Below are positions 27,964 through 36,012 of a stretch of 64,000 nucleotides of DNA, piece after piece. A model generated the notes under the pieces. It was not told the DNA's origin. It saw only the letters and a program-made list of their open reading frames with translations, and searched no databases. Source of the stretch: an uncultured delta proteobacterium (GTDB lineage Bacteria; Myxococcota; Myxococcia; Myxococcales; Myxococcaceae). The stretch spans positions 32,001 to 96,000 of the forward strand of contig CAVQKE010000006.1 in assembly GCA_963713045.1 (NCBI GenBank), in the 5' to 3' direction. The first letter of the stretch is position 1, and each line of letters opens with the position of its first letter. The translations under genes were made by a program, and so were the position numbers.

Positions 27964-29376
27964 CTAGGCGCCCAGCCGGAAGCGCCGGACGACACTCTGC
28001 AGCTCGAGCGAGAGGTTGTTCAGCTCCTGCGCGGCCGACGTCATGCGGGAGACGGCCGCCGTCTGCTCGCGGATGACGGCCTGGACGGCGGTGGTGGACC
28101 CGGCGTTGCCCTTGGCCACCTCGGAAATCTCCTGGATGGCTTTCACCATCTCCTCGCTGCCTTGGAGTTGCTCGCGCGCGCTCTCCGAGATGAGGTGCAC
28201 CTTGTCGGCACCCTTCCGGGTGGTGTCGGTGATGGAGCCCATCGAGCGGAGGATGCTGGTCAAGTCCTCGCGACCCTCGGTGAGCTCGGCGATGCCTTCG
28301 CGCATGGCGGTCACCACCGCGGCCGACTGCCGAGAGATGTCGCGCGCCAGCTTGGAGATTTGCTCTGCGCTGCGCCCGGCGCTGTCCGCCAGCTTGCGGA
28401 CTTCGTCGGCCACCACCGCAAAGCCGCGCCCGTATTCGCCGGCGCGGGCCGCCTCGATGGTGGCATTGAGGGCCAACAGGTTGGTCTGCTGCGCGACGTG
28501 GGTGATGGCATCGACGATTTTGGAAATCTCCTGCGTCTTCTCACCAAAGGCGAAGACTTCCTGGCTGGCCACCTCGATGCGGCTGAACACCTTATTCACC
28601 TTCTCGCCGGCCAGCCGCGCCGCCTTGCTTCCCTGCTCGGCGGCGCTGCTGCTGTCCCCGGCCGCGCGGGCCGCATCCTCGGCGCTGACGGCGGTGCGCT
28701 GGATGGAGCCCGCCATCCCGGTAATGACTTTGGAGGCCTGGCCCACCAAGTCCGACTGGGCCACCGCGCCCTGGGCGATGGTGAGGATGGAGTCGCCCAC
28801 CTCCTCGGTGGCGGCATTGACGTTTTCTGCCGAGCGCTCGAGGTCCGTGGCGGAGTCGGCGACGGACTGGGCGGTGTGCTGGATGTGGCCCACCAATTCC
28901 CTCAGGTTCTCCTGCATGTTGCGAATCGCGGTGGCCAACTCGTCAATCTCGTCCCGCCCCAAGCTGGCACGCGTTTCCAGCGGACTGGCCAAGTCCCCGC
29001 GTGAGATTTCCAGAGCGGAACGGCTGAGGACCCGGAGCCGCGCCACCCGCGCCAGCACCGCTGGCACCAGGAAGGCCAACCCCAACGTCACCACGGTCGC
29101 CACCAGGACTTGGACTTCCAGCGGGGCGGTCCGCACCACCCGCAGCGCAGCGAACAGGGCCGCCCCGAGGACCAGGTAGCCGAGGACAATTTTGTTTTGC
29201 AGGGGGAGGGTGAGGCCCCCCTGCCGCTCGTCCACCGCCCGAAGCACACGCTGCGCCGGCTCTCGACGCGGCAGCAGTGCCGCGGAGAATTCGTCCAGCA
29301 CCGGACGGCGCGGGGTGGCATTCCGGGAGGGAGGTTGGGCGATGGCCATGGCCCTAGCCGCTGCAGGGGTGGCCAT
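27964..29376 (-). CDS. Methyl-accepting chemotaxis protein with two closely spaced TMs (DifA-like)
   Basis: Two TM helices with almost no periplasmic loop, HAMP (GDL...DEIDELA), hairpin tip [34 protein letters not shown]. Start uncertain (29403, 29376 or 29349). Confidence 0.92.
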   Translation of the reverse strand: MATPAAARAMAIAQPPSRNATPRRPVLDEFSAALLPRREPAQRVLRAVDERQGGLTLPLQNKIVLGYLVLGAALFAALRVVRTAPLEVQVLVATVVTLGLAFLVPAVLARVARLRVLSRSALEISRGDLASPLETRASLGRDEIDELATAIRNMQENLRELVGHIQHTAQSVADSATDLERSAENVNAATEEVGDSILTIAQGAVAQSDLVGQASKVITGMAGSIQRTAVSAEDAARAAGDSSSAAEQGSKAARLAGEKVNKVFSRIEVASQEVFAFGEKTQEISKIVDAITHVAQQTNLLALNATIEAARAGEYGRGFAVVADEVRKLADSAGRSAEQISKLARDISRQSAAVVTAMREGIAELTEGREDLTSILRSMGSITDTTRKGADKVHLISESAREQLQGSEEMVKAIQEISEVAKGNAGSTTAVQAVIREQTAAVSRMTSAAQELNNLSLELQSVVRRFRLGA

Positions 29377-29523
29377 TGTGGACTGAATTGGCGGACTTTT
29401 CACAGTTCAGCCCTTCCCCGGCGGCCTTGGGGAGGCACCCAGCCCGAGAGGGCCCCCACCGACACGCGCCGCCAGGGTGGGCCGAGAGAACACCTCCGCC
29501 CGGGCCCACCGCGAATTTCCGTC

Positions 29524-30495
29524 CTAGGGGACGAAGTGATTGAAGCCCCCGGCGTGCGGCCGCGACGCCCCTCCGGCCGCGTCCAGAAGCCGGAGGCCCC
29601 GGCCGCGCCGCAAGCGGCCGATGCGCGTCACCATTTCCCCAGCACGGAGGCAGGCGGCTTCGAAAGCCGCTGCACGCGACGCCGGGACGGCCAACAGCAA
29701 TTCATAGTCCTCTCCACCCCGCAGGGCCGTCGCCAGCGCACGCGCGGGCGAAAAGGCCTGGCGGACGTCGGCGTCCAAGGGAAGGCGGCCGGCTTCGACC
29801 TCCGCCCCGACGCCGGAGGCGGCCAATAGCCACCCCAAGTCCTGTGCCAGGCCGTCGGAGACGTCGATGGCTGCGCTGGCGTAGCGGGCCGCCAACAGCC
29901 CCAAGCGCACCCGCGGTTCTGGCCGGCGTTGGCGGCGCTCGGCCCGCGCCCAGCGCCGGGGCCGGCCGTGGGCCTGCAAGGACTGAAGGCCCAAGCGCGC
30001 TGCGCCCAGCGTGCCAGAAACGTACAGCAGCTGGCCCGGCCGCCCGCCCGAGCGCAGCAGCGGCCCGGCACCGGCCGCCCGCCCGGCGGCCGTGACGGTG
30101 AGTGACAATTCCCCGGCGCGGGTCACGTTTCCGCCCAACAAGGAGACACCGAAGCGCTTGGCCAGCGCGGCCATCCCCCGGCTGAGGGCGTGCACTTCCG
30201 GCAGGCGCAAGCGCGGCGCGGCCAGGGCGCACACAAACCACTCCGGCCTGGCCCCCATCGCCGCCAAGTCCGAGAGATTGACCGCGAGGGCCTTGTGGCC
30301 CACGTCTTCCAGGGGGCCGTCTGCGCGCCGAAAGTGGACGCCCTCCACCACGGCGTCGGTGGTGACGCACAACAGGCCGCCGCGCACCTTCCACACCGCA
30401 CAGTCGTCCCCTGGGCCGACCGCAGCGGCAGGCGGTGCAAAGGCGGCGAGGAAGGCCCGAATGGCAGCAAATTCGCTTAGGGGACCGCGCCTCAG
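29524..30495 (-). CDS. thiL: Thiamine-monophosphate kinase (probable CTG start)
   Basis: SEF..I..GPGDDCA, TTD.VVEGVHF, AVNLSDLAAMG, AAIDVSDGL, GGEDYELL, GFNHF. The conserved N-terminus lies upstream of the first canonical start (30396). Confidence 0.92.
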   Translation of the reverse strand: MRRGPLSEFAAIRAFLAAFAPPAAAVGPGDDCAVWKVRGGLLCVTTDAVVEGVHFRRADGPLEDVGHKALAVNLSDLAAMGARPEWFVCALAAPRLRLPEVHALSRGMAALAKRFGVSLLGGNVTRAGELSLTVTAAGRAAGAGPLLRSGGRPGQLLYVSGTLGAARLGLQSLQAHGRPRRWARAERRQRRPEPRVRLGLLAARYASAAIDVSDGLAQDLGWLLAASGVGAEVEAGRLPLDADVRQAFSPARALATALRGGEDYELLLAVPASRAAAFEAACLRAGEMVTRIGRLRRGRGLRLLDAAGGASRPHAGGFNHFVP

Positions 30496-31979
30496 AAGCG
30501 TTCCTGCGCCGCGCCGCCTCCGTCGGAGACGGGCGGGGAAATGACGGAGCCAGGCGCCGGCGGTTTGGCCGGCAGCACCACCTCGAAGCGGGAGCCCCGC
30601 CCCACTTCGCTCGTCACTTTCACCACCCCCTGGTGGCCTTCGACGTAGCTTTTGACGATGGCCAACCCAAGCCCGGCGCCGCCGAATTCACGCGTCGAGC
30701 TGTTGTCCACTTGGTAGAAGCTTTGGAAAACCTTGTCCTGCTGGTCCGCGGGAATGCCCACCCCGGAGTCCTGCACCACCACCCGGTACCCGGCAATGCC
30801 ACCCAGTTCCGGCTGGGGTTGCACGTCGGTGAGGACCACCTGCACCCAGCCGCCTTTGGGGGTGAATTTCACCGCGTTGGACAACAGGTTGACCACCACC
30901 TGGCGCAGCTTCTCGCGGTCGGCGCGGGCCTCCACCGCCCGCGGCGGCATTTTGGTGTCCACCATCAGCCCCTTGCGCTGGGCTTGCGGCTTGACGCTGG
31001 ACAGCGCCGAGGTCACGACGTCGGACACCAGCACCCCATCAAAGGTGAGTCGCACCTTGCCGGCTTCAATCTGGCTGATGTCCAGAATGGAGGAGATGAG
31101 CTTCAACAGCGTGTCCCCTTTGTCCATGATGGTGCGCACGTAGTCGGTCTGCTCCGGGTTGAGGGGACCGACCAGCCCCTCGGACAGCATTTCCGAGTAG
31201 CCGATGATGGACGTCAGCGGCGTGCGCAACTCGTGGCTGACCGTGGCGAGAAAGCTGGACTTGAGGCGGTCCATCTCCTTCAGCCGAACGTTGAGGGCCT
31301 CCAGCTTTCTGTTTTGCCCCTCGAGGTCGCGGTTGCTCTCCAGCGTGGCTTCAATGTGCACCTGACTGGTGAGGTACGTCTTCTGCCCGGCGGCCACCAA
31401 GGCCTCGAGCAGCTGCGCGAAGTGCAGCATCACCTTGGCCACCGTCTGCTCGGGGGCCCGTCGGATTTTGGCCAAATGCCCTTGGGCCAGCGTGACGTCG
31501 ATGCCTGGCGTCAAGTCGGTGAGGCTGCTCGGCAAGTCGCCCAAGTCCTCCGGGGTGAAGGGGCCGAACACCACCCTGCCCAGCGCATCGCCCTCCCACA
31601 GAATGGGCAGCACCAGGTAGCGCAGCCCGGTGAAGCAGGGCACCGCCACCATCCCCCGCAGGGGAATGCCCGGCGGAACTTGGGCCGCTCGGGCATTCTG
31701 CACCGGGCCCACCGGCCCCTCCTTGACCCGCGCCACCGTGGCGGTGCAGCAGCGCCGCCCTTCGGCAAAGGAGAAGACGTAGCCGCAGAAGTCGCCGTTG
31801 CCGACCTTAATGTCGGCCAGGCGGTTGCCCTTCTCGTCGAAGACTTTGACGCCGACTTTGTACAGCTCGGCAAAGCCGCGGGCCAGCTCCCCAAACGTCT
31901 GCAGGTCGAGCAAGTCCCCCAGCGCCAGGCGGCGCTGCAACACCGACTCCGCTGGGCGAGGAGGACCTTCGGCGCTCAT
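30492..31979 (-). CDS. Cytoplasmic sensor histidine kinase with PocR-like N-terminal domain
   Basis: N-terminal domain with the PocR-like Cys pattern (DFCGY...CC...PCFTGL) and no TM; SHELRTPL, NLLSNAVKFT, DSGVGI, GGAGLGLAI; ATGA overlap with the GTPase. Confidence 0.9.
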   Translation of the reverse strand: MSAEGPPRPAESVLQRRLALGDLLDLQTFGELARGFAELYKVGVKVFDEKGNRLADIKVGNGDFCGYVFSFAEGRRCCTATVARVKEGPVGPVQNARAAQVPPGIPLRGMVAVPCFTGLRYLVLPILWEGDALGRVVFGPFTPEDLGDLPSSLTDLTPGIDVTLAQGHLAKIRRAPEQTVAKVMLHFAQLLEALVAAGQKTYLTSQVHIEATLESNRDLEGQNRKLEALNVRLKEMDRLKSSFLATVSHELRTPLTSIIGYSEMLSEGLVGPLNPEQTDYVRTIMDKGDTLLKLISSILDISQIEAGKVRLTFDGVLVSDVVTSALSSVKPQAQRKGLMVDTKMPPRAVEARADREKLRQVVVNLLSNAVKFTPKGGWVQVVLTDVQPQPELGGIAGYRVVVQDSGVGIPADQQDKVFQSFYQVDNSSTREFGGAGLGLAIVKSYVEGHQGVVKVTSEVGRGSRFEVVLPAKPPAPGSVISPPVSDGGGAAQERF

Positions 31980-32680
31980 TGCTCGTCCTTCTGCAGTTGC
32001 TCCAGCCACCCCGCCACCTGCGTCCCGGTGGTGTCGATGCGCTCAAAGACTTGGGCCAAAAAGCCCGACTCGCTCAGGCCCAGGTTGCGCGCCAGCCCGG
32101 CTTGCTCATCCATCTTCCGGTAGGCCAGCTGAATCACCGCGAAGAGTGTTTCCAGGACGCCTTCGCCGCGGATGGCCACCGCGCCAATCACCGGCTCCCG
32201 GCCTCGACCCCTGGTCTCGTCCAGCTCCTGATCGGTCTTGGTGTCGGGCAGGTCCCGCTTGTTGAATTGGATGACGATGGGGACCTGGGCCGTGTCCAGG
32301 CCGTTCTCCCGCATGTTCTCGTTCAGGTTGGCCCAGTAGGCGTTGTTGTCCGCGTTGGCGCTGCGGCGGCTGTCGGCGATGAAGGCCACCGCGTCGGCGT
32401 TCTGCAACACCACCCGCCGAGTCGCATTGTGGATGACCTGCCCGGGCACGGTGAACAGCTTCACCTTCACCGTGTAGCCGCCCTTGGTTTGGAAGAAGAC
32501 CGGCAACAGGTCAAAGAAGAGCGTGCGGTCGTCGTGGGTTTCGACGGTGAGCAGCTTTCCCCGACCTTCGGTCTGGGTCCGGGCGTGAATCAGCTGCAGA
32601 TTGGTGGTCTTTCCGGAAAGTCCGGGGCCGTAATAGACCACCTTGACGGTGAGTTCCCGCTGGGCGTGGTTGAGTTGCAC
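31976..32680 (-). CDS. MglA-family small GTPase (SofG-like)
   Basis: KVVYYGPGLSGKTTNL (G1), DRTLFFD (G2), TVPGQ (G3), FNKRDL (G4), AVA (G5); C-terminal extension; no mglB nearby. Confidence 0.9.
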   Translation of the reverse strand: MQLNHAQRELTVKVVYYGPGLSGKTTNLQLIHARTQTEGRGKLLTVETHDDRTLFFDLLPVFFQTKGGYTVKVKLFTVPGQVIHNATRRVVLQNADAVAFIADSRRSANADNNAYWANLNENMRENGLDTAQVPIVIQFNKRDLPDTKTDQELDETRGRGREPVIGAVAIRGEGVLETLFAVIQLAYRKMDEQAGLARNLGLSESGFLAQVFERIDTTGTQVAGWLEQLQKDEQ

Positions 32681-32897
32681 GGACGGGGAGAAGTCGGCGA
32701 GCGGCGGGCCAGCAAGCGCCCAAGCAAGGGTTACCACTGCGAGAAGTCAGGCCCCATCTTAGACGAGAAACCCTCCCAGGCCCCAGGAACCAACCCTCCT
32801 ACAGGTGGGTGGACGGGCTCTTTTGAGAAGAGGTGACCCGGAAGAGGAGGACCGGTTAGGATTTACAGCCGCGGCGCGGCGAGGAGGACCCCGAACG

Positions 32898-33419
32898 ATG
32901 ACCATGAAGCGCGTGGAAACGCCCTCCGAGCCCAACGCCATGCCCGTCGTGGACGAAGGCAGCTTGCCGACCGACCTGACGCCGCTGCTGAAATACGGTC
33001 CGCTCGGCGACGATGAGTTGCCCTCGGTGGGCATGCTCCGCGCCGGCTACCGAGGCGAGACCCTCGAGAAGTCGCTGGAAGCGCTGACGCCGTTGCGCCC
33101 CTTTGTTCAGGTGGTCCGCCTGCGGGGACAGATTGTGGGCTACGTCACCGTTGAGCGGGATGGCCCGGTGCCCGGGGCGGCCTACCTCCGCAACATTGTC
33201 GTCAAACTCGACTTGCGGAAGCGGGGCATTGGCACCTCGCTCCTCAAACACGCCATCCAGGTGTCCAAGGACATGTACCGAAGGACGCTGGCCCTGCGCG
33301 TCGACCCGGCCAACGCACCGGCAGTCAACTTCTACCGCTCGATGGGTTTCACCACCGTCGCCACCGTGGTTTCCAAGAAGTCCGGGAAGTTGCGCCTTCT
33401 CATGTCGCGCGAGCTGTAA
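32898..33419 (+). CDS. GNAT family N-acetyltransferase
   Basis: RKRGIGTSLL (acetyl-CoA motif A) and NAPAVNFYRSMGF; GAGGAGG RBS. Confidence 0.88.
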   Translation: MTMKRVETPSEPNAMPVVDEGSLPTDLTPLLKYGPLGDDELPSVGMLRAGYRGETLEKSLEALTPLRPFVQVVRLRGQIVGYVTVERDGPVPGAAYLRNIVVKLDLRKRGIGTSLLKHAIQVSKDMYRRTLALRVDPANAPAVNFYRSMGFTTVATVVSKKSGKLRLLMSREL

Positions 33420-33493
33420 GTCCCAGCACCAGCAGTCACCTTCGCTGCAGACGGTTGGCAGGCGCGGGCTGAAGTGGCATAGAGCCCGCCGGT

Positions 33494-34600
33494 TTGGACT
33501 CCCCTTTGTCTCGTCGCGCTCGTCAATACCTCGGCCTGGCCCTTCTCGGCTTTCTGGCGGGGCTGGTGAGTTGGTCCCATCTGGTTCTCTCCCCGGAGAG
33601 CAATCACCCCGTCGGCTGGCGGCAGCTGGCCTTTTACGCCATCCCCTGGATGGCCTGGGCGGTGACCACCCCGGCCATCCGCGTCGCGCTGCGACGCTTT
33701 GCTCCCCTGGAAAACGCCAGTCGGCCCAGCTGGTGGGGTGTGCACCTGGTGCTGTTTTGTTTGGGGTGGGTAGGCAACGAAGCTCTTCAAGCCTTCTTGG
33801 CCTTGGCCGGCTGGGCACCGTGGTACGAGACGCAATCGACGCCGTTTGTCCCGCTCCTGTGGAGCTGGATGCGGATGTCCTTCATCACCGACCTGCTCTG
33901 CTACGGAGGAGCCATCGGGGTCATCTACGCACTCGAGGCACGCAGCCGCCTCCGCGCCCAGGAGATGGCTGCTGCGCAGCTGGAGACGCAGCTGGCGCGC
34001 GCCCAACTCGAAGCGCTGCGCGTCCAGCTTCACCCCCATTTTCTCTTCAACACCCTGAACGCCATCTCGATGATGGCTCGCAAAGGGGAAACCGACGTCG
34101 TCGTCCGGATGCTGGCCGGCCTCAGCGACCTGTTGCGCCTGGCGCTGTCCAGCGTCGGGAAAGCGGAAGTTCCGCTGCGCGCGGAGCTCGACTTTCTCGA
34201 GCGCTACCTGGCGCTGCAGCAAATCCGCTTCTCGGACCGTCTGCAGGTGAAGATGGACATTTCCCCCGAAGCGCTGGAGGCGCGCGTCCCTTCCCTGGTG
34301 CTGCAGCCGTTGGCTGAGAATGCCGTGCGCCATGGGCTTTCGCCCCAAAACGAAGGGGGCCTGTTGGAGATTGGCGCGCAGCGCTCCGGGGCCGAGTTGG
34401 TGCTTTCCGTCCGGGACACCGGGGTGGGGCTGCCCCCCGAATCCGAGCGCCGCGGCGGGATGGGACTGCAAAACGTCCGCGCTCGACTGGCCGTCCTGTA
34501 CCCGGACACCCACCGCTTCACCTTGGAAAACCACCCCGGCGGAGGAACGCTGGCGTTGGTCACCATCCCCTTTCACCAAGAAGCGCTGGCGGATGGCTAA
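33494..34600 (+). CDS. LytS/YehU-family membrane sensor histidine kinase
   Basis: N-terminal TM bundle; QLHPHFLFNTLNAI, LQPLAENAVRHG, DTGVG, GMGLQNV. Confidence 0.92.
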   Translation: MDSPLSRRARQYLGLALLGFLAGLVSWSHLVLSPESNHPVGWRQLAFYAIPWMAWAVTTPAIRVALRRFAPLENASRPSWWGVHLVLFCLGWVGNEALQAFLALAGWAPWYETQSTPFVPLLWSWMRMSFITDLLCYGGAIGVIYALEARSRLRAQEMAAAQLETQLARAQLEALRVQLHPHFLFNTLNAISMMARKGETDVVVRMLAGLSDLLRLALSSVGKAEVPLRAELDFLERYLALQQIRFSDRLQVKMDISPEALEARVPSLVLQPLAENAVRHGLSPQNEGGLLEIGAQRSGAELVLSVRDTGVGLPPESERRGGMGLQNVRARLAVLYPDTHRFTLENHPGGGTLALVTIPFHQEALADG

Positions 34601-35336
34601 CCAGGTGCGAACGGCAGTCGTCGACGACGAGCCCCTGGCCCGGGAAGGCGTTCGACTGCTGCTCGGCCGCGACCCCGACGTAACGGTGGTGGGGGAGGCA
34701 GGCAACCTGAGCGAGGCCCTGGCACTGCTGAGCCGCGCGCGGCCGCAGCTCCTCTTCCTGGACGTGCAGATGCCGGGCGGCGACGGCTTCGAGGTGCTCC
34801 AGCGCGCGGAGCGGCCGCTGCCGCTGGTCATTTTCGTGACCGCCTACGACGCGCACGCTCTCAAAGCCTTCGGCGTCCACGCCCTGGACTACCTCCTCAA
34901 GCCCTTTGACGACGAGCGTTTCGCCGAGGCCCTGCAACGGGCCAAGCGGGAGCTGCAGCGCACCGCCGCCGCCGAAATTGGCGAGCGGATGCTGCAGGGG
35001 GTGCAGGCGCTGGAGCGCACCCGGGTGGTGGTGCGGGACCGCGGGCGGGTGACGTTTCTGGACGAGGAGGAGATTGAGTGGATTGAGGCGGCCGACTACT
35101 ACGTCGAGCTGCACGTCGGCGCACAGACCTACCTGCACCGCGAGTCGATGGCCGCCCTGGAGGCCCGCCTCGATTCCCGACGGTTTGTCCGCATCCACCG
35201 AAAGGCCATCGTCAACATTCGCTGCCTGCGCGAATTGCGCCGCGACCCCTCGGGGGGCCTGGTCGCCGTCCTCAGCAGCGGCGCCTGCGTCCCGGTGGCC
35301 CGAAGCCACCAGGCCCAGGTGCGCCGACTGGCCTGA
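34593..35336 (+). CDS. LytTR-family DNA-binding response regulator
   Basis: VVDDEPLAR, LDVQMP, TAYD, DYLLKPF; LytTR domain FVRIHRKAIVN. Confidence 0.93.
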   Translation: MANQVRTAVVDDEPLAREGVRLLLGRDPDVTVVGEAGNLSEALALLSRARPQLLFLDVQMPGGDGFEVLQRAERPLPLVIFVTAYDAHALKAFGVHALDYLLKPFDDERFAEALQRAKRELQRTAAAEIGERMLQGVQALERTRVVVRDRGRVTFLDEEEIEWIEAADYYVELHVGAQTYLHRESMAALEARLDSRRFVRIHRKAIVNIRCLRELRRDPSGGLVAVLSSGACVPVARSHQAQVRRLA

Positions 35337-35469
35337 GGCCCCGTCCCCCCCGGGGGATGGGCGGCCGGCCCTGGGGGGTGGCGCCATTCCCTGCACCACC
35401 CAGCTTCCCGGCTGCTTCAGGGCAGTGCCGGGCGCCGCGGCGAGGGACAGTGCCTGCCAAAGGCCCCCC

Positions 35470-36012
35470 ATGCGACCCCTTCGCCTTCTCGCCCTCGTCG
35501 TTGGAGCACTTGTCTTGGCCCTTCCGGCCGTTGGCCTCCGGTGGATGGAGGCGCGCGGCGAGGAATCCGGCGTCGTCAACACCTCGGAAGGGCCGGTGCG
35601 CTTCACCCTGTACTGGCCCCGCATGCCGGGCAACGCGCGGACACTGGTGATTGTCGCCGCGGACGTCCGCGCCGCGTACCCTCGGCCGCTCCGCCTCCTC
35701 GCACAAGCGGCGGCTACCGGCGGCTTCCCGACGGTGTACCTCGAGCCCAGTGAAGCACCGGCGGAGGCGGCGGCGCGGCTGAAGGCCCTTCTTGAACGGC
35801 ACGGCGGCGTCTTCGGCCTGGACGCGGCAGCCGTCTGGACGTACGTCGAGGGGAAGCACTTCGCCCCTGCTACGCCCCGCTGCAGCCGGCACAACCCGCT
35901 GGCCCAGACGCTGCGCTGGTTGGGGCAGGGCCTCGGGGCGCCGAGTGCCCGCACCCGGACGGTGCTGGAATTGGCCTCGGGCGCAGGCTGCGCGCTGGCC
36001 CGGCACCTTTAA
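35470..36012 (+). CDS. Hypothetical exported or membrane-anchored protein
   Basis: Signal-like N-terminus MRPLRLLALVVGALVLALPAVG; fills an otherwise empty gap; its stop shares TTAA with dinG. Confidence 0.55.
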   Translation: MRPLRLLALVVGALVLALPAVGLRWMEARGEESGVVNTSEGPVRFTLYWPRMPGNARTLVIVAADVRAAYPRPLRLLAQAAATGGFPTVYLEPSEAPAEAAARLKALLERHGGVFGLDAAAVWTYVEGKHFAPATPRCSRHNPLAQTLRWLGQGLGAPSARTRTVLELASGAGCALARHL

